From Planctomycetota bacterium (lineage in GTDB: Bacteria > Planctomycetota > B15-G4 > SIAN01): a DNA stretch of 64,000 bases. The translations under genes and the position numbers were made by a program. Location: positions 224,001 to 288,000 of the forward strand of contig JANNXA010000022.1 of NCBI GenBank assembly GCA_031409275.1, in the 5' to 3' direction. The notes under the pieces are model-generated. The model did not search any database. It worked only from the letters and a program-made list of their open reading frames with translations, and was not told the DNA's origin. Below are positions 9,763-18,215 of the stretch, piece by piece. The number at the start of each line of letters is the position of its first letter. The stretch's first letter is position 1.

Positions 9763-12700
9763 ATGAGCGATTCGAAGCGAATTTGCAGCGCGTGGAGTTG
9801 GCTGTCCGTCCTGCTCCTGCCGGCTTCGGCGCTGGCGCAGAACTCGGCACCGCAAGGCGTAAGCGCCGGCTTCACCGAGCTCTTCGACGGGACGCTCGCG
9901 GGCTGGAAGGCCAACGAGCACTCCGACTCGTTCCGGCTCGACGGCAAGGAGCTGGTGGTGCACGGCGAGCGCGGCCACCTCTTCTACGTCGGCGCGGTGA
10001 ACCACGCCGAGTTCGAGAACTTCGAACTCGAGGTCGAAGCGTTGACCAAGCCGGGCGCCAACAGCGGCGTCTTCTTCCACACGAGCTGGCAGGCGGAGGG
10101 TTGGCCGAGCGACGGCTACGAAGCGCAGGTGAACTCGACGCACGGGGACGAGATCAAGAGCGGCAGCCTCTACGGCGTGGTGAAGGTGAACCCGGCGCCC
10201 ACTCAGGACGAGCAGTGGTTCACGATGAACGTTCGCGTCGTCGGTCGTCGCATCACGACCCGCATCGACGGCCGCATCGTGGTCGACTACCTCGAACCGC
10301 TCGCAACCCCGGGACCTCGCCATCTCTCGAAGGGCACGTTCGCCCTGCAGGCGCACGATCCCGCCAGCGAAGTGCGCTACCGCGCCGTTCGCGTGCGCGC
10401 GTTGCCGGCCGGCGACGGCGCGCCGCTCACGCGCGCCGACCGCGCGTCACTCCGACGCGATCGCCCCAACTGGTGGGAACGGATGGACTACGGCCCCTTC
10501 AACACCAGCGTCGTCGACGTGTCGCCGGAGCGCAGCGTCTTCAAGGGCATCACGATCGAACTCGATCCCGACCGTTCGGCATCGATGACCTTCGACACCG
10601 ACCTGTTGTGCGCCGCCGCCGGCTGGCCAGGACCGCTCCAGCTCACTGGGACGCCGTTCGACGGCGCGCACGGTCCGCAGCCGAGCGTGACCGGCACCGC
10701 GTGGTTCACGAATCCGGTCGCGGCGGGAGCGTCGCACGATGGCAACCACCTCGACCAGCGCGCGATTCCATCGGGGCCGATGCCGCGGGCGCGCGGTCGC
10801 TATCGCGGCCTCTCGCGATACGGGGACGACGTGGTGCTCCGCTACGACATCGGTAGCGCGTCGATCCTCGAGCACCCCGACTTCGAGGCGAACGACGGGG
10901 TGCGCTCCATCACGCGCGCCTTCTCGATCGGCAAGGCGCCGCATCCGCTGAGCGTGCTGCTCTGCACGGAAATGGGCGCGCGCGCCGAGCTGCTCGAGGG
11001 CGGCCGATTGGCCGTGCTGCACCCCGCCTCGCTGCTCCCCTCCGGGAACGGGGATCGCGTGATCACCCTGGTCGATCGCACCGACGCGGAGTGGAGCGAC
11101 CTCGCGATGGGCGCGCCGGCTGCCGGCGACCTGCTCGATCGCGCGCGCAACCCGGCGGCGAAGTTCCGCGTGGTCGATGGGTTCGCCGCGGCCGACGCGC
11201 AGTCGGGCGCGATCGGCGACGAGCTGCCGCGACTCGGCGATGGCGAGCTGCCGACGAGCGCCGATGAGCCCGGCAAGGTCGCTTTCTTCGACGCGGGCAC
11301 CGGTCGCGTGCTGGTCGAACTCGGTGAAGAGCGCGACGTCGCGCGCATCAACACGTACTCCTGGCATCGCGCCGATCGAGCCGTGCAGCACTTCACGCTG
11401 TGGGGAAGCGCCTCCGCCGAGGCGGATCCCAAAGCGCCCGAGCTCGCTGCGGCGGGCTGGCGGCACCTCGCCGACGTCGACTCCGGGCCGCTTGGCGAAG
11501 GGGGCAAGCACGGCAGCACGATCACCAATCTGGGAGGCCTCGTCGGCCGCTTCCGGTCGCTGCTCTTCGAACTGCCGCGCAACCACGTCGATCAGGGCAC
11601 GTTCCTCGCCGAAGTCGACCTCTTCGTCGCCGGTGATCCGCTGCCGGCGCTGAAAGAGCCGCACGCGCGCGGCGATCGTCGACCGCTGACGGTCGCGCTG
11701 GTGGATGGTCCGAAGTCGGCACGGCTCGTCCGCGAGGGCGATCAGCTCCGCCTCGACGTGCCCGCCGCGGCGCTGCCGTGCTCGCTCAAGGTCGCGCTCA
11801 CGCGGGAAGCGACGGCGCCAACGCTGCGCACGTTCGCCGGTCTTGCGCCCTGCGCCGACCTGGCGGCGATGACGCGAGGCGGCCCGTCGCTGTGGCCGGA
11901 GACGCTGGTCACCAAAGGCGTGCAGGACGCGGGCAGCGCGGCCTACGTCGTCGACGACATCCCGGTGCCATTCACCAATCCCTGGGCGGCGTCACTGCGA
12001 ATCGGCGGCTTCGACTTCTTCAAGGATGGCAAGCGCGCCGCCGTGTGCACCTGGAACGGCGACGTCTGGATCGTGTCGGGCATCGGTGGCGACTTCGGTC
12101 CGATCACCTGGAGGCGGTTCGCGGCGGGCCTGTTCGAGACGCTCGGGCTGGCGATCGTCGACGACGTGATCTACGTGAACGGCCGCGACCAGATCACGCG
12201 ACTGCACGACCTGGACGGTGACGGCGAGGCGGACGACTACGAGTGCTTCAACAACGACGTCTTCACCACGCGCAACTTCCATGAGTTCGCGTTCGACCTG
12301 CAGACCGATCGCGACGGCAACTTCTATTTCGCCAAGGCGGGGCCGGTGCGGCCGGGTGGCCGCGGTTTCGACGCGATCGTGCCGCACAACGGCACCGTAC
12401 TGAAGCTCAGCAAGGATGGCAGCCGGCTCGACCTCTATTCGACCGGCTTGCGCGCGCCCAACGGCATCGGCGTCGGCCCCGACGGTCAGGTGACGGCCGG
12501 CGACAACGAGGGCACCTGGGTCCCCCACTGCAAACTCCACTGGCTGAAGCCTGGCAGCTTCCAGGGCGTCGTCGACACGGCGCACCGCTCCGAGAAGCCG
12601 ACCGACTACAACCGCCCGCTCTGCTGGTTTCCGATGGGCGTCGACAACTCGGGCGGCGGCCAGACGTGGATCACCTCGCAACGGTTCGGTCCGTTCGCTG

Positions 12701-13368
12701 GTGATCTGCTCCACCTGTCGTACGGACAGAGCTCGATCTACAAGGTGATGAAGGAGGAGGTCGACGGCCAGGTGCAGGGAGGCGTCTTCCGGCTGCCGGT
12801 CACGCTCGGCTCGAGCGCGATGCGGGCGCGCTTCAATCCGCTCGATGGTCAGCTCTACGTCTGCGGGTTGAAGGGGTGGCAAACCAACGCGGCGCGCCTC
12901 TCTGCCTTTCAGCGCGTGCGCTACACCGGCGCGCCGGTGCGCCTGCCGAAGTCGCTGTCGGCGTGTGAGGGTGGGCTCCTCGTCGAGTTCACCTGCCCGC
13001 TCGACCAGACGCTCGCCGCCGACGTGCAGAGCTATGCGCTCGAGCAATGGAACTACGTCTGGGGCCCGATGTACGGCTCGCCCGAAGTGTCAGTGCGACA
13101 CCCTGATCCGAAGTTCCTCGAGAGCGCGCAGTCGACGGAGCAGCAGTCGTTCCAGCAGCACGACAAGGTGGCGATCACCGCGGTACGGCTGCTCGACGAT
13201 CGGCGCGTCTTCCTCGAGATCCCCGATCTGCTGCCGGCGATGCAGTGCCAGCTGAAGATCGACGTCGAGAGCGCGGATGGCCAGGAGATGAGGTTCGAGC
13301 TGTTCCACACCATCCATCAACTCGCGCCGCGGCCGGCGCCGGCTGCGGCGGGAAGCAGCGGATCGTGA
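9763..13368 (+). CDS. Large secreted protein: DUF1080 (3-keto-glycoside hydrolase-like) domain + DUF6797-like region + dehydrogenase-like beta-propeller
   Basis: Signal peptide (..ASALAQ); DUF1080 motifs LFDGTLAGW, NSGVFF, YEAQ, GTFALQAHD; propeller motifs RLHDLDGDGEAD, GLRAPNG, DNEGTW. Confidence 0.8.
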   Translation: MSDSKRICSAWSWLSVLLLPASALAQNSAPQGVSAGFTELFDGTLAGWKANEHSDSFRLDGKELVVHGERGHLFYVGAVNHAEFENFELEVEALTKPGANSGVFFHTSWQAEGWPSDGYEAQVNSTHGDEIKSGSLYGVVKVNPAPTQDEQWFTMNVRVVGRRITTRIDGRIVVDYLEPLATPGPRHLSKGTFALQAHDPASEVRYRAVRVRALPAGDGAPLTRADRASLRRDRPNWWERMDYGPFNTSVVDVSPERSVFKGITIELDPDRSASMTFDTDLLCAAAGWPGPLQLTGTPFDGAHGPQPSVTGTAWFTNPVAAGASHDGNHLDQRAIPSGPMPRARGRYRGLSRYGDDVVLRYDIGSASILEHPDFEANDGVRSITRAFSIGKAPHPLSVLLCTEMGARAELLEGGRLAVLHPASLLPSGNGDRVITLVDRTDAEWSDLAMGAPAAGDLLDRARNPAAKFRVVDGFAAADAQSGAIGDELPRLGDGELPTSADEPGKVAFFDAGTGRVLVELGEERDVARINTYSWHRADRAVQHFTLWGSASAEADPKAPELAAAGWRHLADVDSGPLGEGGKHGSTITNLGGLVGRFRSLLFELPRNHVDQGTFLAEVDLFVAGDPLPALKEPHARGDRRPLTVALVDGPKSARLVREGDQLRLDVPAAALPCSLKVALTREATAPTLRTFAGLAPCADLAAMTRGGPSLWPETLVTKGVQDAGSAAYVVDDIPVPFTNPWAASLRIGGFDFFKDGKRAAVCTWNGDVWIVSGIGGDFGPITWRRFAAGLFETLGLAIVDDVIYVNGRDQITRLHDLDGDGEADDYECFNNDVFTTRNFHEFAFDLQTDRDGNFYFAKAGPVRPGGRGFDAIVPHNGTVLKLSKDGSRLDLYSTGLRAPNGIGVGPDGQVTAGDNEGTWVPHCKLHWLKPGSFQGVVDTAHRSEKPTDYNRPLCWFPMGVDNSGGGQTWITSQRFGPFAGDLLHLSYGQSSIYKVMKEEVDGQVQGGVFRLPVTLGSSAMRARFNPLDGQLYVCGLKGWQTNAARLSAFQRVRYTGAPVRLPKSLSACEGGLLVEFTCPLDQTLAADVQSYALEQWNYVWGPMYGSPEVSVRHPDPKFLESAQSTEQQSFQQHDKVAITAVRLLDDRRVFLEIPDLLPAMQCQLKIDVESADGQEMRFELFHTIHQLAPRPAPAAAGSSGS

Positions 13369-15434
13369 AATTGCGGCTCGCCGCCGCCGCGGCGCTCGCG
13401 CTGGCTGCGATCGGCGCGGCCAACGCCGGTGCAGACACCGCAAGCGAACGCGCGCCCGGCCTCTGCTGTCGATTGGAAGCCGACGGCGGCGCCAGCGATG
13501 CACGCCTCGTCGACCGCGTCGCGTTGCACGTCGAGGCGGGTGCGAGCGCGACGGAGCTGTTGCCGGCGGGGCCATTTCGGGCGCGCTTCACGGGGGAACT
13601 CGCGCTCGATCTGCGCAGCAAGTTGCGCTTCCGCGTCGTCGGATCGGGCACGGCGAAGCTCACGGTCGGCGAGCAGGTGGTGGTCGCCGGGGGTGACGGC
13701 GGAGCGCTCGACCTGACCAGCGAGGAGCTGCGCTTTCCGCAAGGCGCCAGTGCGTTCCAGTTCGACTACGCCAGCCCGCGCGATGGCGCGGCGACCGTGC
13801 GCCTGCTGTGGTCGGGTCGCGGCTTCGATTGGGAGCCGCTGCCACCGGCGCTGTTTCATCGCGATTCGGCGCTCGACCCGAGCGATCTGCTCGACGTGCG
13901 GCGCGGCCGTGAGCTCTTCGCGGCGCGCCGTTGCGTGCGCTGCCACTCCGCCGAGCCGAGCGCTCCGATCGAGCGCCACGGGATGGCGGAACTCGCCGCT
14001 GGCGCGCCGTCGCTCGAAGCGGCGGGCGATCGGCTGCACGGCGATTGGATCGCCCATTGGATCGTGGCGCCGCGAACGTTGCGGCCGAGCGCTCGCATGC
14101 CGCGGCTGCTCCACGCGGACGATCCGCGCGCGCAGGACCTCGCCGCGTTCCTGCTGCGACGGCAGTCGCCCGCGGACGTTCCGTCACTCGCCAATCGACC
14201 GCCGCCCGACGCGTCGCAAGTGGCCGCCGGTGGCGTGCTGTTCGCCCGGCGCGGCTGCATCGCCTGTCATACGCGGCCCGATCGCGCCGAGGCCAACGAC
14301 GACGCGGACCGAGTGCCGCTCCACCGCGTCGCCTGGAAGTGGCAAGCGGGTGCGCTCGCAGCCTTCCTGCGCGATCCCACGTCGATCGATCCATGGATCC
14401 GCATGCCCGACCTTCACTTGAGCGACGCGGAGGCGAGCGCGCTGGCAGCGTTCCTTCTCGATCGCTCTGCGCCGTTCGTGCCCGCGCCGACGCCCGGCAG
14501 CGGCGATGCCGAGCGCGGCGCACGGGCCTACGTCGAGCTGCGCTGCGATCGCTGCCACGAACCGGCGGCGGTGATCGCGACGCCGCGGCCCGCCGCCCCA
14601 CCGCTCGCGTCGCTCGCGGGAGTCGACTGGAGTGCCGCGGGTTGTGCGGCCGAGCCGACGGCGCGCGGCGAGCTCTGCCCCGACTTCGAACTGCCGCCGG
14701 CCGACCGCGCCGCGCTGCAGCGGTTCGCGCGAAGCGGTCTCGCTTCGCTGGAGCGCCGCTCTCCGGCCGACTTCGCCGAGCGGCAGATGCGCGAACTGCA
14801 GTGCGATGCGTGCCACACCATCGGGGCGCAGCTCGATCGTTGGCAATCCGTGATGGCAGAGACCAACGACCTCGTGATCGATGCGGCGAAGCCGACGCTC
14901 GATCAGGCACGACCGCCGCTGACGTTCGTCGGCGAGAAGCTGCACAGCGATTGGATCGCGCGGCTGTTGTCAGGCGAGAACGCGGCGCCGACGCGGCCGT
15001 GGCTGGCGGCACGGATGCCCGCATTCCCGGCACGAGCGGAGCTGCTGGCGCAAGGGCTCGCGGCGCGCGACGGCTTCGCCCGCAGCCGCTCGCAGCCCGA
15101 GCCGGCGGACGCGGCGCTCGAAGCGATCGGGGCCGCGCTGGTCAGCGAGAGCGGCTTCTCGTGCGTCTCGTGCCACGACGTCGCGGCGCGCGGTGCGTTG
15201 TCGCGCTTCGAGTTCGGCGCTCCCAATCTCGACCTTGCCCATGCGCGCATCCGCCCCGACTACTTCCGGCGCTGGATGAACAACCCGATGCGCGTCGAGC
15301 CGTCGTCGAAGATGCCGAAGTACGCCGGCGACGATGGCAAGTCCCCGTTCCCGGCCTACTGCGACGGCGACCTCGCGGCGCAGTTCGAGGCGATTCGTCG
15401 CTACCTCGCCGCGCTCCACGCGCAGCGCCGCTAG
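13365..15434 (+). CDS. Secreted multiheme (5 x CxxCH) cytochrome c with N-terminal PA14-like domain
   Basis: CVRCH, CIACH, CDRCH, CDACH, CVSCH; repeated RMP/KMP Met-ligand motifs; VRLLWSGRGFDWEPLP resembles a PA14 C-terminus; GTGA overlap with the upstream gene. Confidence 0.87.
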   Translation: MKLRLAAAAALALAAIGAANAGADTASERAPGLCCRLEADGGASDARLVDRVALHVEAGASATELLPAGPFRARFTGELALDLRSKLRFRVVGSGTAKLTVGEQVVVAGGDGGALDLTSEELRFPQGASAFQFDYASPRDGAATVRLLWSGRGFDWEPLPPALFHRDSALDPSDLLDVRRGRELFAARRCVRCHSAEPSAPIERHGMAELAAGAPSLEAAGDRLHGDWIAHWIVAPRTLRPSARMPRLLHADDPRAQDLAAFLLRRQSPADVPSLANRPPPDASQVAAGGVLFARRGCIACHTRPDRAEANDDADRVPLHRVAWKWQAGALAAFLRDPTSIDPWIRMPDLHLSDAEASALAAFLLDRSAPFVPAPTPGSGDAERGARAYVELRCDRCHEPAAVIATPRPAAPPLASLAGVDWSAAGCAAEPTARGELCPDFELPPADRAALQRFARSGLASLERRSPADFAERQMRELQCDACHTIGAQLDRWQSVMAETNDLVIDAAKPTLDQARPPLTFVGEKLHSDWIARLLSGENAAPTRPWLAARMPAFPARAELLAQGLAARDGFARSRSQPEPADAALEAIGAALVSESGFSCVSCHDVAARGALSRFEFGAPNLDLAHARIRPDYFRRWMNNPMRVEPSSKMPKYAGDDGKSPFPAYCDGDLAAQFEAIRRYLAALHAQRR

Positions 15435-15449
15435 CCGGGACCGCGAAGG

Positions 15450-16055
15450 GTGCCGCGCTACACGCAGCAGACGCGCTGTCCTGGTTGCGGTCTGATCCCG
15501 GCGCGTTGCGTTTGCGCGGGCCTGCCTCGAGTGACGCTGCCATGGCGGACGCTGGTCGTGCAACACGGCAAGGAGTCAGGCAAGCCGACCAATACCGCCC
15601 GCTTGCTGGTGCGCACGGTGGTGAACAGCGTGATCGTGCCCTTCGCACGTCGCGGCGAGCCGTGGGCTGCTTCGCAGCTCGGTCCCGAACACGAGCAGCG
15701 CTTCGTCCTCTTTCCAGGCCCGGACGCGCGGACGATCGATCGCGAGTGGCTGCTCGCGCTTCGCGAGCGACCGTGCGCTCTCGTGCTGCTCGACGGGACA
15801 TGGCGGCAGGCCGGGCGGATGGTCCGTCGCGCTGCCGGAATCGACGAGCTGGAGCGAGTCGCGTTGCCCGCCGGTGCGCCCTCGCGCTGGCGGATTCGGC
15901 AGGCGCCGCGCGCCGACCAACTGTGCACGTTCGAGACAGTCGTTCGCCTCGCCGCGTTGCTCGGCGAACCGCCCGCTGCTGAAGCGCTCGAGCGTGCATT
16001 TCAGGTCGTGCTCGACGCGCAAGGGCGCAATCCCGCTTGCGACGAGCGCGACTGA
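15450..16055 (+). CDS. DTW-domain tRNA-uridine aminocarboxypropyltransferase (TapT/YfiP-like)
   Basis: N-terminal CxxC..CxC, QHGKE..KPTNTARL, LLDGTWRQA, LCTFE. Confidence 0.87.
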   Translation: MPRYTQQTRCPGCGLIPARCVCAGLPRVTLPWRTLVVQHGKESGKPTNTARLLVRTVVNSVIVPFARRGEPWAASQLGPEHEQRFVLFPGPDARTIDREWLLALRERPCALVLLDGTWRQAGRMVRRAAGIDELERVALPAGAPSRWRIRQAPRADQLCTFETVVRLAALLGEPPAAEALERAFQVVLDAQGRNPACDERD

Positions 16056-16224
16056 GCGAACGTCGCTGGCGGCGGTTCGGATCCGCACGGGCGCGAGGGA
16101 CTTCGCGCTGATCCGCGCCTTGGGCGGCGTTCCTGCGCTCCGCGGGGGCGGAACGCGGTTCGCTGTTGTCGGTGGAGATGGCACGGCGGCCTTCCGCGCC
16201 GCACACAACTGGGGAAGTCCTCAT

Positions 16225-18099
16225 ATGCGGCAGCGTTGGATCCTGGTCGCGCTCGTGGCCGTCGTGGCCGCGTGCGGCGGTGGAAGCGGTTCGGTGGTTC
16301 GCAAGGGCCCAGGCACCGGTGGTGGTGGCGGCGGTGGTGGCGGCGGCGGTGGCGGCACCGTCGATGTCGAAGCTCCGACCGTGGTCATGGTCTCGCCAGC
16401 GATCGGCTCGACCGCCTCAGGAACCACGGCCGTGATCGCGGATGCGATCGACGGATTTGGAGTCATCGCGCTCCAGTTCCAGCTCGATGGCGTGGACCTC
16501 GGGGCCCCGCTCTCGGCGCCGCCGTGGCAGCTGGCCTGGGACACCACCACCGCCCTCGACGGCCCCCATTCGCTCACCGCCTTCGCGTGGGACCCGTCGC
16601 TGAACGAAGGACGGGCGACGGCCGTCGCATTCGAGGTCGACAACTCGGTGCCGCCGCCGACGCTCACCGACGCCACCTTCCTCGGCGGAGTGGACGACGA
16701 CTCGACGCGCGACGTGTTCGTCGACGCCGCGGGTTACATCTACTGCGCCGGTGGGACCGCTTCGCCGGACTTCCCGACGACTCCCGGCGCGGCGAATCGC
16801 ACGTTCGCCGGCGTCCACGATGTCTACGTGGCCAAGTTCGCCCCCGATGGCAGCCTCGTCTTCTCGACGCTGCTGGGTGGCCCCCATCACGATCGCGCCT
16901 ACGCGATCGAGGTCGATGCCCAGGGTTGCATCTTCGTCGCCGGCCGCGCCGGCGACGGCTTCCCGACCACGGCTGGGGCGCTTCAACCGACGTTCGGCGG
17001 CGACCGCAAGCCGAGTCCGCTCTACGGAGCACAGGATGGCTTCGTCGCGAAGATCGCGGCGGACGGTGGCAGCGTGCTGTGGTGCACCTACTTCGGCAGC
17101 GACGACGGCGGCATCTTGCGCGACATGGACATCGACTCCGCCGGCAACGTCTACGTCGTCGGTGAGGCGTCTCGCCCCCACTACGCCGTGACGTCCGGAT
17201 CCTTCGACTCGACGCTCGAAGGGGCGACGGACGGGATCGTCGCGAAGATCGCGGCCGATGGCGGCTCGGTGATCTGGGGGGCCTACTTCGGCGGCTCCGA
17301 CATGGACGGCGGGACGCCCTCCGTGCGTGCGGGCGACGACGGCACGACCTGGGTTCTCGGATCGAGCCGATCGACCGACTTCCCGGTCACGCCGGGTGCC
17401 TATCAGCTCACGAACGGCGGCATCACCGATCTCGTGCTCCTGCGCATCGCGCCGAGCGGGGCGACGCTCGACTTCGCGACTTACTTCGGCGGCAGCGACG
17501 TCGAGTACACCGAAACGCATGGCCTCTGGGTCGAGCCCGACGGCACCGTGACGATGTCGGCTTCCACCGAATCGCCCGATCTTCCATTCGTCCCCGCCTC
17601 GACTCCGCCGTCCTTCCAGGCGAACTACGGAGGCAGCGGTGGCGTCGGCACGGGGTTCTCCACCAACTACGCCGGGGACGCCTTCGTCGCCAAGTTCGCG
17701 CCCGATGGCAGCACGCTGCGCGCCTTCACCTACCTTGGCGGCACCGAAGGCGAGGGCGCCGAAGGGGTGGCGCTCGATGACCGTGGACGCGTCTACCTCA
17801 GCGGATCGACCTATTCGGCCAACTTCCCGATCACGACCGACGCCGTTCAATCGCAGATAGGGTTGCTCTCGGACGCCTTCCAGGCGCGCCTGTCGAGCGA
17901 CCTGACCACGCTCGAGTTCGCGACCTTCCACGGCGGCGATGACGACGACGCGAGCCGCACGCTGGCGATCGGCGTGAATGGACAGGCGGTGTTCGGGGGG
18001 ATCACCCACTCGTCGAACCTGCCGACGACCGCCGGTGCGTTCATGGGCGCTCCGGGCGGTGGCCCGACCGACGCGTTCGTGATCCAGGTCGACGAATAG
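16225..18099 (+). CDS. Lipoprotein with Ig-like domain and SBBP beta-propeller repeats
   Basis: Lipobox VAAC, poly-Gly linker, Ig-like module (FQLDG...WDTT..DGPHSLTA), repeated STLLGG/TYFGGS..D and DFPTTPGA..DxFVAK units. Confidence 0.85.
   Translation: MRQRWILVALVAVVAACGGGSGSVVRKGPGTGGGGGGGGGGGGGTVDVEAPTVVMVSPAIGSTASGTTAVIADAIDGFGVIALQFQLDGVDLGAPLSAPPWQLAWDTTTALDGPHSLTAFAWDPSLNEGRATAVAFEVDNSVPPPTLTDATFLGGVDDDSTRDVFVDAAGYIYCAGGTASPDFPTTPGAANRTFAGVHDVYVAKFAPDGSLVFSTLLGGPHHDRAYAIEVDAQGCIFVAGRAGDGFPTTAGALQPTFGGDRKPSPLYGAQDGFVAKIAADGGSVLWCTYFGSDDGGILRDMDIDSAGNVYVVGEASRPHYAVTSGSFDSTLEGATDGIVAKIAADGGSVIWGAYFGGSDMDGGTPSVRAGDDGTTWVLGSSRSTDFPVTPGAYQLTNGGITDLVLLRIAPSGATLDFATYFGGSDVEYTETHGLWVEPDGTVTMSASTESPDLPFVPASTPPSFQANYGGSGGVGTGFSTNYAGDAFVAKFAPDGSTLRAFTYLGGTEGEGAEGVALDDRGRVYLSGSTYSANFPITTDAVQSQIGLLSDAFQARLSSDLTTLEFATFHGGDDDDASRTLAIGVNGQAVFGGITHSSNLPTTAGAFMGAPGGGPTDAFVIQVDE
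16318..16356 (+). repeat. GGY trinucleotide run encoding a 13-Gly linker
   Basis: Direct reading: 13 consecutive ggt/ggc codons. Confidence 0.85.
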
Positions 18100-18143
18100 T
18101 CGATCGAACCCGAGTTCGCCGCCGCAGTTCGACTCCAAGACAA

Positions 18144-18174
18144 CCGGGCCACGCGGGAGTGCCGCGTGGCCCGG
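18144..18174. terminator. Perfect 13-bp GC-rich hairpin between convergent genes; putative bidirectional terminator
   Basis: ccgggccacgcgg-gagtg-ccgcgtggcccgg; no U-tract on either side. Confidence 0.5.
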
Positions 18175-18215
18175 GACGAACGATTCGAGTCGTGTTCAGC
18201 GGCCGAGGCGACCGG

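Noticed and set aside
16189..16204. TGGCACG upstream of the first SBBP gene as a sigma-54 site
   Set aside because: No GC at the -12 position (GG-N10-TT)
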